Assembly (NCBI GenBank): GCA_003331605.1
Contig: QOPD01000004.1
Coordinates: 1,749 to 65,748, forward strand
From: SAR86 cluster bacterium
GTDB lineage: Bacteria; Pseudomonadota; Gammaproteobacteria; Magnimaribacterales; TMED112
Length of the DNA stretch: 64,000 nucleotides
Direction of reading: 5' to 3'
Below the pieces are notes generated by a model. That model did no database searches and was not told the DNA's origin. It was given only the letters and a program-made list of their open reading frames with translations. A program made the position numbers and the translations under genes. Positions within the stretch are counted from its first letter, which is position 1. The number at the start of each line of letters is the position of its first letter. Of this stretch, positions 9,538 to 20,446 are shown one piece after another.

Positions 9538-10603
9538 AATCTTGCATAAAATCTCTAAGCGCTACTACTGACTCTTTTTTCATAGAATTATAAATACTGG
9601 CACGCATCCCACCTACCGATCTATGGCCCTTTAAATAAAACAGGTCTTGCTTCTTAGCCTCATCTAAAAATAATTGCTCTAAATTGCTGTCTCTAATTGT
9701 AAAGACCACATTATTTACTGATCTCTGGCTTTTGAGTACAGGGTTTTGATAAAATTCGCCTGAATCAATCAGGTCATATAGAATCTGTGATTTCTCAATT
9801 GATCTTTTTTCCATCTCTTTGACACCACCATTTTTTTCATACCAATCAAACATTTTGCCAGCTACATACCAAGCAAAAGTATTGGGTGTATTCAGCAGAG
9901 AATTTTCTTGAGCATGCATGTCATACCTTAATATATTTGGAAGATCTTGATCACATTTTTTGAGAAGGGCTTTCCTTGCAATAATTAATGTAATGCCAGA
10001 GGGCCCAAAGTTTTTTTGTGCACAAGCATAAATAAAGTCGTATCTCTTTGCATCTATATCTTCTGAAAATAAGCATGAGCTCATATCTACAAATGCAGGC
10101 ACTTGAAAACTTGGATCATAAGGTATTCGAATGCCTTGAATAGTTTCATTCTTACAATAATGTACAAACTTACTATTGCTGCTAATCTCCCATCCAGAAA
10201 GGTCTTTAATCTCATTGAATCCAGTTTCTTTAGAGCTATGGCAAATTTCTAAATTACATATCTTTGATGCCTCTTTAACTGCCTTAGATGACCATGAACC
10301 AATTTCTGCATAACTTGCTCTTGCGTTTTTTGAGGCGAAATTAAGAGGAATGAGTGAGAACTGCAATGTTGCACCACCCTGCATAAATAAAACTTCATAA
10401 TCATCATCTAGATCTAAAAGTCTCCTTACAGAACTTTCAGCATTTTTTGCAATCTCAAGAAAGGTTTTATCTCGATGACTTATTTCAATGATCGTTGAGC
10501 CAATATCTTGGTAACCACTAAACTCATCTTTTATTTCATTTAGGACTTCTTCAGGCAGAATAGCTGGGCCTGCAGAAAAGTTATGAACTCTCTTCTTCAT
10601 CAA
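9518..10603 (-). CDS. serC: phosphoserine aminotransferase
   Basis: 361 aa. [15 protein letters not shown]-terminus, [11 protein letters not shown], and class V aminotransferase length. Conserved gyrA-serC linkage. Confidence 0.92.
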   Translation of the reverse strand: MMKKRVHNFSAGPAILPEEVLNEIKDEFSGYQDIGSTIIEISHRDKTFLEIAKNAESSVRRLLDLDDDYEVLFMQGGATLQFSLIPLNFASKNARASYAEIGSWSSKAVKEASKICNLEICHSSKETGFNEIKDLSGWEISSNSKFVHYCKNETIQGIRIPYDPSFQVPAFVDMSSCLFSEDIDAKRYDFIYACAQKNFGPSGITLIIARKALLKKCDQDLPNILRYDMHAQENSLLNTPNTFAWYVAGKMFDWYEKNGGVKEMEKRSIEKSQILYDLIDSGEFYQNPVLKSQRSVNNVVFTIRDSNLEQLFLDEAKKQDLFYLKGHRSVGGMRASIYNSMKKESVVALRDFMQDFEKQYG

Positions 10604-13130
10604 GACTTTCTTTAAAGCCTACCGCATCAACAAGTTTTTCGCCTTCACGAATAGAAACAATTCTTACTCCTTGGGTATTTCTACCAATGACGCTTATTTG
10701 ATCAACTTGAGTACGAATTAAAGTACCTCTATTACCAATCAACATAACCTCATCACCGTCAAGCACTTGAACAGCAGAGACCATTTTTCCATTTCTAGTT
10801 GAGGTATTTAAGGCTATAACACCTTTTCCGCCTCTTTTTTGACCACTAAACTCTGAAATATTTGTTCTCTTTCCATAACCATTTTCGCTTACAGTTAGCA
10901 GGTTTGATTCTGGGTTCACTTTAATCATTGAGATTACTTTATCTTCTTTTGAGATATTCATCCCTTTTACTCCACGAGTCGATCTGCCCATTGCCCTTAC
11001 ATCACTCTCTTTAAATCGGATGGCTTTTCCTGATTTTGATGCAAGACAAACCTCATCCTTACCATTGGTAATAATTGTTCCGATAAGTTTATCTCCTTCA
11101 TCTAAATTAATTGCTCTTAAGCCTGGTGCATATCTCTTTTCAAAAGCTGTAAGTGCAGTCTTTTTCACAACACCATTCTTAGTTGCCATAAGTACAAAAT
11201 GACCATCTTTGTATTCTTCTACAGGCAAAAATGAAGTGACCTGCTCATCATCCTCTAATGGAAGAACATTAGAAATTGGTCTACCTTTAGCCGTCCTCGT
11301 CATTACTGGTAACTTATAGATCTCAAGCCAATGCACTTTACCTTTAGTGGTAAAACATAGTACTTGAACATGAGTATTTAAAACCAATACCTGCTTGATG
11401 AAATCTTCATCTCTAAGTGCAGAAGCAGTTTTTCCTACTCCGCCTCTTCTTTGAGATCTGTATTCAGCCAATTGTTGTGTTTTGACAAATCCATTATTAG
11501 AGATTGTAAACACTCTCTCTTCTTCTGGAATTAAATCGGCATCGTCTATAGTCAATCTTCGCTCAATAATTTCAGTTCTTCTTTCATCACCAAATGCGTC
11601 CTTAACTTCTAGCAGTTCTTCTTTCACTACTGCAACTAATCTGGATTCATTAGAGAGGATATCTTGCAATTCTTTAATTTGCTTTACTAATTCCTGATAT
11701 TCTTCATTAAGCTTATCGGTTTCAAGAGCTGTTAGCCTGCTTAATCTTAATTCTAAGATGGCTTTTGCCTGAACAATGGATAATTTATATTTATTTCCAT
11801 CTAACCCAAACCCATCCTCTAAACCCTCAGGTTTGCAAATATCTGGGTCATTGACCTTATCCAAGAGTGGTTTTATTGTTTCTGCAGACCAATTCTGCTC
11901 ACACAATCTATCTGCTGCAACTTTGGTATTTTCTGATGTTTTAATGATGTTTATCACTTCATCAATATTCGCAATTGCGACTATGAGCCCTTCAACAATA
12001 TGACCTCTGTCTTTAGCTTGTCTTAGTTCATATAAAGATCTATTTGTTATAACTTCTTTTCGATGCTTTAAGAAAATTTCAAGTAGCTCTTGCAGGTTGC
12101 ATAGCTTTGGTCTTCCATCTACAAGAACCACATTATTGATGCCGAAAACCTGTTCAAGTTGAGAATTTTTGATGAGATTATTAAGTACCACCTCTGGCAC
12201 CTCTCCCTTCTTTAATTCAATTACAACTCTCATTCCATCTTTATCTGATTCATCTCTTATTTCACCAATACCCTCAAGTTTCTTTTCTTTGACAAGTTCT
12301 GCAATCCTCTCAAGCATTCTCGCTTTGTTAACCATAAAAGGAATTTCTGTAATTATTATTGCCTCTTTTCCATTTTTAACGGTTTCAAAAGCTGTTTTAC
12401 CTCTTACATAAACTTTACCTTGGCCGGTTCTATAGGCCTGCTCTATACCATCAATTCCAGTAATAATTCCACCTAAAGGAAAGTCAGGTCCTTTAACAAT
12501 TTGTAATAAATCGTCGATAACATAATTTTCGTTCTCTAACATATAAATGCAGGCATCAAGAATTTCATTAAGGTTGTGAGGAGGGATATTTGTTGCCATG
12601 CCAACGGCGATTCCCGACGATCCGTTGATAAGTAAATTTGGGATTCTAGTTGGCAACACATCAGGAATATCCTCAGAACCATCGTAATTTGGAGAGTAAG
12701 TCACTGTCTCTTTTTCTATATCAGCCAATATTTGATCAGTGATCTTTTCCATTCTGATCTCTGTGTATCTCATTGCTGCAGCTGAATCACCATCAATGCT
12801 TCCAAAATTTCCCTGACCCTCAACCAGCGGATACCTTAACGAAAAATTTTGAGTCATTCTGACAATAGCATCATAGACTGCGGAATCACCATGAGGGTGG
12901 TATTTACCAATAACATCACCAACAACTCTTGCAGACTTTTTGTATGGCTTATTGTAGGTATTTGAAAGCTTATGCATTGCATAGAGAATTCGTCTATGAA
13001 CAGGCTTCATACCATCCCTGGCATCTGGCAAAGCTCTGCCTATGATTACGCTCATAGCATAATCCAAATAAGACTTTTTTAACTCATCTTTTATGTCAAC
13101 TGAAAGGACTTCTTTGGCGAACTCTTGCAC
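10581..13130 (-). CDS. gyrA: DNA gyrase subunit A
   Basis: 849 aa. Catalytic Tyr motif [11 protein letters not shown]. The QRDR reads [15 protein letters not shown] (Ser and Asp at the E. coli 83/87-equivalent positions, wild-type-like). C-terminal beta-pinwheel repeats. Confidence 0.97.
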   Translation of the reverse strand: MQEFAKEVLSVDIKDELKKSYLDYAMSVIIGRALPDARDGMKPVHRRILYAMHKLSNTYNKPYKKSARVVGDVIGKYHPHGDSAVYDAIVRMTQNFSLRYPLVEGQGNFGSIDGDSAAAMRYTEIRMEKITDQILADIEKETVTYSPNYDGSEDIPDVLPTRIPNLLINGSSGIAVGMATNIPPHNLNEILDACIYMLENENYVIDDLLQIVKGPDFPLGGIITGIDGIEQAYRTGQGKVYVRGKTAFETVKNGKEAIIITEIPFMVNKARMLERIAELVKEKKLEGIGEIRDESDKDGMRVVIELKKGEVPEVVLNNLIKNSQLEQVFGINNVVLVDGRPKLCNLQELLEIFLKHRKEVITNRSLYELRQAKDRGHIVEGLIVAIANIDEVINIIKTSENTKVAADRLCEQNWSAETIKPLLDKVNDPDICKPEGLEDGFGLDGNKYKLSIVQAKAILELRLSRLTALETDKLNEEYQELVKQIKELQDILSNESRLVAVVKEELLEVKDAFGDERRTEIIERRLTIDDADLIPEEERVFTISNNGFVKTQQLAEYRSQRRGGVGKTASALRDEDFIKQVLVLNTHVQVLCFTTKGKVHWLEIYKLPVMTRTAKGRPISNVLPLEDDEQVTSFLPVEEYKDGHFVLMATKNGVVKKTALTAFEKRYAPGLRAINLDEGDKLIGTIITNGKDEVCLASKSGKAIRFKESDVRAMGRSTRGVKGMNISKEDKVISMIKVNPESNLLTVSENGYGKRTNISEFSGQKRGGKGVIALNTSTRNGKMVSAVQVLDGDEVMLIGNRGTLIRTQVDQISVIGRNTQGVRIVSIREGEKLVDAVGFKESLDEEESS

Positions 13131-13167
13131 TGAAATATATTAGCACAGCCATCGGCTGAAATGCGCA

Positions 13168-14565
13168 TTATTCCTTAAATTCTGCCACTAATTTAGATAT
13201 AGATTCTTTGGCATCACCAAATAGCATTCGAGTATTCTCTTTGAAGAAAAGTGGGTTTTGCACCCCGGCAAAACCAGAAGACATTGAACGCTTCAAAACT
13301 ACAACAGTTTTAGCTTTATGCACCTCTATAATTGGCATCCCGTATATAGGAGAGCCTGGTTGCTCAGTAGCTGATGGATTGACTACATCGTTTGCTCCAA
13401 TGACCAAAACAACATCAACTGTTTCCATTCTTGGATTTAAATCTTTCGGCTCAAATAAATTATCGTAGGATACATTGGCCTCTGCTAAGAGAACATTCAT
13501 ATGTCCAGGCATGCGGCCAGCTACTGGATGTATGCCATATGAAATTTCAGCGTTATTTTCCTCAAGCAAGTCACCAAGCTCTTTCACTACGTGTTGAGCT
13601 TGAGCCACCGCCATGCCGTAGCCTGGAACAACCAGTATTGATGAAGCAGCTTCCAAGATTAAAAAAGTATCTTCAGCAGAAATAGGTTTAACTTCTCCTT
13701 CAACTTCGCCCCCAGATACTCCTGTGTCAGAAAACCCTACAAAAAATATATTAAACAAAGTTCTATTCATAGATTTGGCCATTATTAAAGTCAAAATTAA
13801 CCCTGATGCTCCAACCAAACAACCTGCAACAATAAGTGCAGTATTTGATAAAAGAATCCCTGCCATTGCAGCAGCAATCCCAGACAATGAATTAAGTAAA
13901 GAGATCACAACCGGCATATCTCCACCCCCTATTGGCAAAACGAATGCCAAACCCGATAAAAGTGAGATTACCAGAAGTCCTAAAAAGACTATCTTAATGA
14001 TTTCAAAATCAAAAACAAAAAAACCAAAAGAGGAAGAAATAACTTGCAGCATAGCTATTGCTAAATAACCTAAAAAAACTATCAATAACCATCTAGAGAT
14101 CGTATTTAAAGTTTTGCTTGAGCCTTTAAAAATCTCAGATAATTTGAAATATGCAATTAAGCTACCAGAAAAGGTGACTCCACCAATAAATACCGTTAGA
14201 CAAGTTACGAATAAAATTACGCTTACAGATGCATAGGTATTAAATTCTGACCATGCTAAAAAGAATGAAGATAAGCCACCAAAACCATTGAATAAAGCGA
14301 CCATTTCAGGGATTGATGTCATTTTTACTTTGATAGCAAAAATAGAGCCTATTACTCCACCTGTTAATATTGCTGAAAAAATTAATACAGGGTTAAGAAT
14401 ATTTCCAAAAGTAACCAATAAAGCCAGCAACATGCCTAAAGCAGAAATTACATTCCCTTTAACTGCTGTATCTTCTTTGCCCAGCATCTTTAATCCATAA
14501 ATAAAGAGCATGGCAGAAAAAACGTACCCTATCTGTTGCAGAAAATTTAAATCTACACTCATCAT
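13168..14565 (-). CDS. pntB: NAD(P) transhydrogenase subunit beta
   Basis: 465 aa. Multi-TM N-terminal half plus the dIII domain with VPGYGMAVAQAQH and GANDVVNP. Confidence 0.93.
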   Translation of the reverse strand: MMSVDLNFLQQIGYVFSAMLFIYGLKMLGKEDTAVKGNVISALGMLLALLVTFGNILNPVLIFSAILTGGVIGSIFAIKVKMTSIPEMVALFNGFGGLSSFFLAWSEFNTYASVSVILFVTCLTVFIGGVTFSGSLIAYFKLSEIFKGSSKTLNTISRWLLIVFLGYLAIAMLQVISSSFGFFVFDFEIIKIVFLGLLVISLLSGLAFVLPIGGGDMPVVISLLNSLSGIAAAMAGILLSNTALIVAGCLVGASGLILTLIMAKSMNRTLFNIFFVGFSDTGVSGGEVEGEVKPISAEDTFLILEAASSILVVPGYGMAVAQAQHVVKELGDLLEENNAEISYGIHPVAGRMPGHMNVLLAEANVSYDNLFEPKDLNPRMETVDVVLVIGANDVVNPSATEQPGSPIYGMPIIEVHKAKTVVVLKRSMSSGFAGVQNPLFFKENTRMLFGDAKESISKLVAEFKE

Positions 14566-14834
14566 TTCTTCTTAAACATTTTTAACATTCTGTTTGTTAC
14601 CAAATAGCCACCGAACACATTGATTGAAGCAAATAAGATTGCAAAAAATGCCAACACAGATTGAAGGTTAGATCCAGTATCCAACGTCAGAGCACCAACT
14701 AGGGTTATCCCACTAATTGCATTAGCTCCAGACATTAAAGGTGTATGAAGTGTACTGGGGATTTTCGAAATTAATTCCAAACCGAGGAATATCGAAAGTA
14801 TTAGAATAAAAAATAGTAATAAATAAATTTCCAT
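14562..14834 (-). CDS. pntA: NAD(P) transhydrogenase subunit alpha, membrane part 2
   Basis: 90 aa, three hydrophobic helices. Lies between the soluble alpha part and beta, with a 4-nt overlap with pntB. Split-alpha architecture. Confidence 0.85.
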   Translation of the reverse strand: MEIYLLLFFILILSIFLGLELISKIPSTLHTPLMSGANAISGITLVGALTLDTGSNLQSVLAFFAILFASINVFGGYLVTNRMLKMFKKK

Positions 14835-14835
14835 A

Positions 14836-15954
14836 TCACCTAAAATCCTCTTTTATTATTTCCTTATCTTTTGTGAAAACAGCCGATGCCAGAACCTCAT
14901 CATCTAAGTTAACCACAAACTTTTTAGACTCTTTATCATAAAAATCTAGGAGCAAATTATTAAGGTTATTGCTTAAGGCAAATGAGGCATGATTAGCTAC
15001 ATACGAATGTAAATTTGAAAAGCCCAAAATTTTTACTCCTTTCACTTCTTCAATAGAATCTTTTACGGAACCTTCAACGTTTCCTCCAGACTCAACTGCC
15101 ATATCAAAAATAATGCTGCCCTTCTTCATCTTTGAAATTGTTTCAGCATTTATTAGCCTTGGAGCAGGTTTACCAAATATCTGTGCTGTTGTAATTACAA
15201 TATCTGAGTTGGCACACACTTTTTGCTGCAATTCTTGCTGTTTCTTTAGCTGCTCAGTGGATAGTTCTTTCGCATAGCCTTGATTAGTTTGTTTTGTTTC
15301 TCCAAGATCAATCTTTACAAATTTTGCTCCTAATGATTTTACTTGTTCTTCTACTTCTGGTCTTGTATCAAAAGCTTCAACCCTTGCTCCCAACCTTTTT
15401 GCTGTAGCTATCGCTTGTAAGCCTGCAACACCGACTCCAATCACAAATACTTTTGCTGGTTTAAGCGTGCCTGCAGCGGTCATCATCATAGGCAGAGCTG
15501 ATTGTAGATGTTTAGCAGACTCAATCACTGCCACATATCCTGCTAAATTTGATTGACTGCTTAAAACATCCATTTTTTGTGCTCTGGTTATCCTAGGTAT
15601 AAACTCCATTGATATTGCCGTAACATTTTGATCTGCAAAATATTTAAATTGTTCTCGGTTTTCAAATGGGTTGAGCAGCCCAATAAAAACAGTTTCATTT
15701 TTCAACTTTGCTATTTCTTCTTTATTAAGCGTTGAACTTGAATAAATGACTTGACTGGATTGTAAGCACTCATCTCTTGAAACGGGTCTTGCGCCTATGG
15801 CTTCAAAAACTTCATCATCAATATCTATATCTTTTCCAAGACTTCTTTCAAAAATGATGTTTATACCCATATCTAAAAGTGGTTTAATTGTCTCAGGGTG
15901 TAAGGTAGATCTTTTATCACCTTGGCTGGTTGGTTTTAATGCGCCCAAAATCAT
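14836..15954 (-). CDS. pntA: NAD(P) transhydrogenase subunit alpha, soluble part 1 (dI)
   Basis: 372 aa. Alanine-dehydrogenase/PNT fold with Rossmann motif VFVIGVGVAGLQAIATAKRLGA. Confidence 0.9.
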   Translation of the reverse strand: MILGALKPTSQGDKRSTLHPETIKPLLDMGINIIFERSLGKDIDIDDEVFEAIGARPVSRDECLQSSQVIYSSSTLNKEEIAKLKNETVFIGLLNPFENREQFKYFADQNVTAISMEFIPRITRAQKMDVLSSQSNLAGYVAVIESAKHLQSALPMMMTAAGTLKPAKVFVIGVGVAGLQAIATAKRLGARVEAFDTRPEVEEQVKSLGAKFVKIDLGETKQTNQGYAKELSTEQLKKQQELQQKVCANSDIVITTAQIFGKPAPRLINAETISKMKKGSIIFDMAVESGGNVEGSVKDSIEEVKGVKILGFSNLHSYVANHASFALSNNLNNLLLDFYDKESKKFVVNLDDEVLASAVFTKDKEIIKEDFR

Positions 15955-15993
15955 AGAAAAAGATTTTTAAATTTTGTAAAAATATACTTTATC

Positions 15994-16686
15994 ATGAATA
16001 ACTTTGATCAAAACGAATTAGATAAATTTTCTAAGCTTGCTGATGAATGGTGGGATCCAAATGGAAAATTTAAGCCACTTCATTTAATTAATCCCTTGCG
16101 ATCAGAGTATATCTCCAAAAAAATAAATTTAGAGGGATTGGATGTGCTAGATATAGGTTGTGGCGGTGGCATTCTTGCTGAATCACTTACAAAAAAAGGA
16201 GCCAATGTGACTGCAATTGATCTTGCAGATGGGCCTTTAAATGTCGCCAAGGTAAGGGCACAAAGAACCAAATTAAATATTAACTACCAAAAAATCTCAT
16301 CGTCTGATCTTGCAGAAACTGGAGAGAAATATGATGTTATTACATGTCTAGAGATGCTTGAGCATGTACCAGAGCCAAATAAAGTCGTCACCGATTGTCA
16401 AAAGCTATTAAAGAAGGATGGTCATGTTTTTTTCTCAACAATAAACAGAAATTTAAAATCACTAATGCTAGCTATCTTTGGAGCAGAATATATTCTTAAT
16501 ATTTTGCCTCGAGGTACACATGAATATGAAAAACTAATCAAACCTTCTGAACTGAAAGGTTATATTGATGATGCCAATTTAGAATTTAAAGAAATTAAAG
16601 GCATGCTGTACCTACCATTTTTAGACATAGCAAAGATAACAAACGATACTTCTGTCAATTACATCATTCATGCCACACAAAAATAA
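15994..16686 (+). CDS. ubiG: bifunctional 3-demethylubiquinol 3-O-methyltransferase
   Basis: 230 aa. ELDKFSKLADEWWDPNGKFKPLHLINPLR and SAM motif LDIGCGGGILAE are the UbiG signature. Confidence 0.9.
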   Translation: MNNFDQNELDKFSKLADEWWDPNGKFKPLHLINPLRSEYISKKINLEGLDVLDIGCGGGILAESLTKKGANVTAIDLADGPLNVAKVRAQRTKLNINYQKISSSDLAETGEKYDVITCLEMLEHVPEPNKVVTDCQKLLKKDGHVFFSTINRNLKSLMLAIFGAEYILNILPRGTHEYEKLIKPSELKGYIDDANLEFKEIKGMLYLPFLDIAKITNDTSVNYIIHATQK

Positions 16687-17326
16687 AGCTGCAATATTTG
16701 ATCTAGATGGTACTCTGCTAAATACTGGGCTTACATTTCATACAATTGTTAATGAATTAAAATCAGAGCTTAATGAGGCATTAGTAGATTTTGAACCTGT
16801 TAGAAAATTTTCATCACGAGGAGCGACTCTAATTCTAAAAAATTGTTTTAAAGCGTGCTCAGACCAAGAAATTGATGACCTTAAATATAAGTTTCTTTCA
16901 AAATATGAGAGGAGATTAACCGAAAATTTAGTGCTATACCATGGCGTAGAATTAATGTTGGACGACCTTGAAAAAAAAGGTATACCTTGGGGCATAGTCA
17001 CCAATAAATCATGGAGATACACTGGTCCAATCATCAAAAAATTGGGTTGGGATAAAAAAACCAATGCCATCATATGTCCAGATCACGTTTCTGAAGCTAA
17101 ACCAAATCCTGAGGGCGTAGTGCTTGCAGCAACGAAACTTGATGCTGATCTAGAAGAATCGTTTTATGTTGGTGACCATCGCAGGGATATTGAGACTGGA
17201 AAAAATGCTGGCACAAAAACCATAGCATGCTCATGGGGGTATGCAGAAGATGACCCAACTCATTGGGGAGCCGACTACATAGCAAACAATGCAGAGGAAT
17301 TAAGAGAATGGATATTAAAAAAGTAA
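16670..17326 (+). CDS. HAD-IA phosphatase (phosphoglycolate phosphatase / MupP-like)
   Basis: 218 aa. Motif I AAIFDLDGTLLNT, motif II VTNK, motif IV VGDHRRDIETGKNAG. Same position as the HAD gene downstream of ubiG in Pseudomonas. Confidence 0.8.
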   Translation: MPHKNKAAIFDLDGTLLNTGLTFHTIVNELKSELNEALVDFEPVRKFSSRGATLILKNCFKACSDQEIDDLKYKFLSKYERRLTENLVLYHGVELMLDDLEKKGIPWGIVTNKSWRYTGPIIKKLGWDKKTNAIICPDHVSEAKPNPEGVVLAATKLDADLEESFYVGDHRRDIETGKNAGTKTIACSWGYAEDDPTHWGADYIANNAEELREWILKK

Positions 17327-18057
17327 AGAGATTCTCTCCTTCCAAAAATTTTCTTGAGGGAAACAATATCTTAGTTACAGGTGCAGGGTCTGGAATTGGA
17401 AGAGAGGTAGCAGTGGCTGCAGCCGAATATGGAGCAAACCTTATCTTGCTGTCCAAAGATGTAAAGAAACTGTATTCTGTCCAAGATGAAATTAATAAAA
17501 AGCACAACCTTAACCCATTAGTCATTGAATTTGATTTTTTAAAAGCCAAGGGAAGTGATTATCAAAAGCTTGGTGAAGCACTATATGAGGAATATGACAA
17601 ACTTGATGGAATAGCCTATATTGCTGGTATTTTAGGCTACCTTTCGCCTTTAATCAGCACATCGGAAAATCAATTACAAACGGTCATGAGAGTAAATTTC
17701 GAAAGCAATTTTTTACTTACTCAAATTTGTCTCCCCTTGCTCCTGCAAGCAAAAAACCCTTCGATTATCTTTACTTCTTCAGGAGTGGGAAGAAAGGGTC
17801 GTGCTTTCTGGACAAGTTATAGTGTTTCAAAATTTGCTATTGAAGGGCTTATGCAAGTTTTAGCAGACGAGTACGAAAATAAAATGAGAATTAACTCTTA
17901 TAACCCTGGAGCCACAAGAACTGCAATGCGTGCTCAAGCATTTCCTGCTGAGGATCCATTATCACTAAAAACACCGACTGATAGGGCTATAGACTATTTA
18001 TGGCTTTTATCTAAAGAAAATAACTCTACAGGTTTAGCATATGATTTCAGTGAATGA
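17308..18057 (+). CDS. YciK-like short-chain dehydrogenase/reductase
   Basis: I chose ATG at 17308 (MDIKKVKRF...). The track ORF starts at 17263, inside the HAD gene. Motifs ILVTGAGSGIGREVA and YSVSKFAIEG (YxxxK). Conserved ubiG-HAD-SDR trio. Confidence 0.8.
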   Translation: MDIKKVKRFSPSKNFLEGNNILVTGAGSGIGREVAVAAAEYGANLILLSKDVKKLYSVQDEINKKHNLNPLVIEFDFLKAKGSDYQKLGEALYEEYDKLDGIAYIAGILGYLSPLISTSENQLQTVMRVNFESNFLLTQICLPLLLQAKNPSIIFTSSGVGRKGRAFWTSYSVSKFAIEGLMQVLADEYENKMRINSYNPGATRTAMRAQAFPAEDPLSLKTPTDRAIDYLWLLSKENNSTGLAYDFSE

Positions 18058-18283
18058 GCTTATTGAAAATTTAAAAAAAGGTGTTGTCATCATCGAATTC
18101 AAGAAAATTGATACAGGTGAAATTCGCTCAATGCCCTCAACTCTCAATCCTGAATTAGTTCCATCAAGCTCAAGAATTTTAAATATCTCAAGTGCCAGTG
18201 ATACGATTATGGTTTGGTCCATGGATAAAGAAGCTTGGCGTGATATTAGAGTAAGTACAATAATTAAATGGTCGATACGGTAG
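18041..18283 (+). CDS. small hypothetical protein, possibly SH3-like/DUF2693-type
   Basis: 80 aa. GVVIIEFKKIDTGEIRSMPSTLNPELVP...IMVWSMDKEAWRDIRVSTI recalls a small beta-barrel family I remember mainly from phages and marine bacteria (memory only). It fills the gap between the SDR and rluB exactly. Confidence 0.4.
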   Translation: MISVNELIENLKKGVVIIEFKKIDTGEIRSMPSTLNPELVPSSSRILNISSASDTIMVWSMDKEAWRDIRVSTIIKWSIR

Positions 18284-18284
18284 A

Positions 18285-19052
18285 CTAAGTATTAGCGTAT
18301 AAATTATTAAATTTACTAAGATCTTTTTTTGAAACTTTACGCCATCCGCCAATTTTTAAATTTTCAGGCAGAATAAACGATCCATACCTGACTCTTATAA
18401 GCCTGTTTACTGTCAATTTTTGAGACGACCAAAGACGCCTGACTTCCCTATTCTTACCAGAGAATAAACACACATAAAACCAGTGGTTTCTTGATTTACC
18501 ATGTTTTTTTACAGGCACAATATCTGAAAACTTTGCATCCTGTCCATCTAGCTTTACACCCGATAATAATTTATCAATTTTTTTATCATTTATGTCTCCG
18601 TAGACCCGACACAAATATTCTCGATCAATGCTGCTGCTTGGATGAGCTAGAAAATTTGCAAAATTTCCACAATTTGTAAAAAGCAATAGTCCGGAGGTAT
18701 TGATATCAAGCCTACCAACCATAATCCATTTACCTTTTTTTCTTGGCGGGATTGAGCTGAATACGCTTTCATTTAGTTTTCGTGACTTTGAAGAGCAAAC
18801 CTGGCCCACAGGTTTATGGTAAATTAAGAGCTCAACTTCAGGGTTTAAATCAATTACATGCTCCTCCCCATCAACGCTTACGACGTCACCAGTTTTTACT
18901 AATGTATTTACATTGCCTTTCTTACTATTAACGCGAACGAAAGATTCTTTAATTAGATCGGCAACATTACGTCGATTGGCAAACCCATAGTTAGCAAGAT
19001 ACTTTTGAAGTTTTTCTTCAGGTTTCTTGGATTGGCTGCTCTTTTGCTTCAT
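18285..19052 (-). CDS. rluB: 23S rRNA pseudouridine synthase B (RsuA/RluB family)
   Basis: 255 aa. N-terminal S4 domain (KLQKYLANYGFANRRNVADLI) and catalytic motif GRLDINTSGLLLFTN. Confidence 0.85.
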   Translation of the reverse strand: MKQKSSQSKKPEEKLQKYLANYGFANRRNVADLIKESFVRVNSKKGNVNTLVKTGDVVSVDGEEHVIDLNPEVELLIYHKPVGQVCSSKSRKLNESVFSSIPPRKKGKWIMVGRLDINTSGLLLFTNCGNFANFLAHPSSSIDREYLCRVYGDINDKKIDKLLSGVKLDGQDAKFSDIVPVKKHGKSRNHWFYVCLFSGKNREVRRLWSSQKLTVNRLIRVRYGSFILPENLKIGGWRKVSKKDLSKFNNLYANT

Positions 19053-19596
19053 CTTTTAGAGATAGCTCGGGTGAAATATTTGGAATATCAGGCAACTCTG
19101 GTAATACAGGAAGGTCTGAGATGGATTTCATTGAAAAATCATCTAGGAACTTTTGGGTTGTAATAAACAATGCAGGCCTGCCGGCAACATCTCTGTACCC
19201 TTTGATTTTTATCCATCCCTGGTCAATCAAAAGCTTTATAACATTTGTGGCCACGGCCACTCCTCTAATTTCTTCGATATCTCCTCTTGTAACTGGCTGC
19301 ATGTAAGCAATGATAGAAAGTGTTTCTAGAGTTGTTTTTGATAATTTAAGTGGCTTTACTTCCCATAGCTTAGCAATGTCATTTGAAAACGCTTGATCGA
19401 TTTGCACTCTAAATCCAGTGGAAACCTCTACAAGATTTAAGGATCTTTCTTTGTACTCATCTTGCAACTCATATAGTGCTGCGACCACCCTTGCCTCATC
19501 GCCAGACTCTAGCTCCAAAAGCTCTAAAAAATCTGAAATTTTCAGAGGTCTATTTGACGCCAACAGTATTGCTTCGAGTCTTTGCTTAATATCCAC
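19018..19596 (-). CDS. scpB: segregation and condensation protein B
   Basis: 192 aa. EAILLASNRPLKISDF..., two winged-helix repeats and TTLETLSIIAYMQPVTRGDIEEIRGV match ScpB. Confidence 0.88.
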   Translation of the reverse strand: MDIKQRLEAILLASNRPLKISDFLELLELESGDEARVVAALYELQDEYKERSLNLVEVSTGFRVQIDQAFSNDIAKLWEVKPLKLSKTTLETLSIIAYMQPVTRGDIEEIRGVAVATNVIKLLIDQGWIKIKGYRDVAGRPALFITTQKFLDDFSMKSISDLPVLPELPDIPNISPELSLKDEAKEQPIQET

Positions 19597-20402
19597 TAGT
19601 GAACAACCTCCTCTGCACTTTTAAAATACACTTCACCAAACGATTCTCCTTGAACTATTTCAATGTAGCCTTTCCTGTTTAGCTCCAAGGCTGCAACCAA
19701 AATGACTGAGACAGCAAGTTTTGACTCCCCTTTAACAATCAGCTCTGGTAATGAAATAAAATCGCGGGATTTTAGACTATCAAGCATTAGCTTCATCTTT
19801 GATTCTACCGTTATATTTTCCAGTTTTACTTTATGGCTAGAAAGTTTTGCCATCTCATCCATCATGGATTTTAGAGCGAAAGATAAATCTGACTTTTCAT
19901 ATGTATTTGCAGGCTTGGGAAGTTCGAATTCAGGTAATTGGCTTGAGGCTGGAAAAATATCTCTGTCAACTCTGGGGATGGCATCCAATTTTTCTGAGAC
20001 TTCTTTAAACCTTTGATACTCCTGTAGCCTTCTTAAAAGCTCTGCTTTTGGATCGCCATCATCTTCATCAATTTCTTCGGATCTTGGTAGAAGAATTCTC
20101 GATTTGATTTCAGCAAGATATGCTGCCATTGCTAAATAATCGCCTGCAAGCTCGTATTCAAAATCTTCCATTAGATCTATGTAGGCTATGTACTGATCGG
20201 TTATTTCTACAAGATCAATTTCAAGAATATCCAAATTTTTTCTTTGGATTAGGTACAAAAGAAAATCCATTGGCCCAGAAAAAACATCAAGCAAAAGCAA
20301 TAATGCTTTAGGCGGAATGTAAAGATTTTCAGGCAAATGGTTTACTTCGTTACCTTTTACCGTTGGTAATTGAATTTCTTGAGCTGTAACCATACACAAC
20401 AT
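19596..20402 (-). CDS. scpA: segregation and condensation protein A (kleisin)
   Basis: 268 aa. FSGPMDFLLYLIQRKNLDILEIDLVEITDQYIAYI is the ScpA N-terminal signature. 1-nt overlap with scpB. Confidence 0.88.
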   Translation of the reverse strand: MLCMVTAQEIQLPTVKGNEVNHLPENLYIPPKALLLLLDVFSGPMDFLLYLIQRKNLDILEIDLVEITDQYIAYIDLMEDFEYELAGDYLAMAAYLAEIKSRILLPRSEEIDEDDGDPKAELLRRLQEYQRFKEVSEKLDAIPRVDRDIFPASSQLPEFELPKPANTYEKSDLSFALKSMMDEMAKLSSHKVKLENITVESKMKLMLDSLKSRDFISLPELIVKGESKLAVSVILVAALELNRKGYIEIVQGESFGEVYFKSAEEVVH

Positions 20403-20446
20403 ATTGTATATAAAATTGAATTAAAATACTAAATATTGTGTTTTTA

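Noticed and set aside
13724-14068. Long antisense or out-of-frame ORFs in the track: 13724-14068 (114 aa), 16738-17073 (111 aa), 17097-17549 (150 aa), 19702-20016 (104 aa), 39166-39507 (113 aa), 59919-60227 (102 aa), and all the 60-95-aa ones.
   Set aside because: Each lies entirely within, and opposite to or out of frame with, a gene whose product I recognise with high confidence. Their translations are low-complexity Ser/Leu/Ile/Phe/Lys-rich strings with no recognisable motifs. That is expected for chance ORFs, although long open frames are rarer in AT-rich DNA. None has an SD or an independent spacer.
18041-18283. Prophage remnant around the DUF2693-like ORF.
   Set aside because: It is a single 80-aa ORF with no integrase, tRNA attachment site, direct repeats or other phage genes within the flanking core genes.
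20391-20421. dif-like sequence (..CATAT TGTATA TAAAATTGAAT..) at the scpA start.
   Set aside because: Only the central TGTATA and about 4/11 and 7/11 positions of the XerC and XerD arms match the gammaproteobacterial consensus as I remember it. It overlaps the scpA start codon. This is chance similarity in AT-rich DNA.
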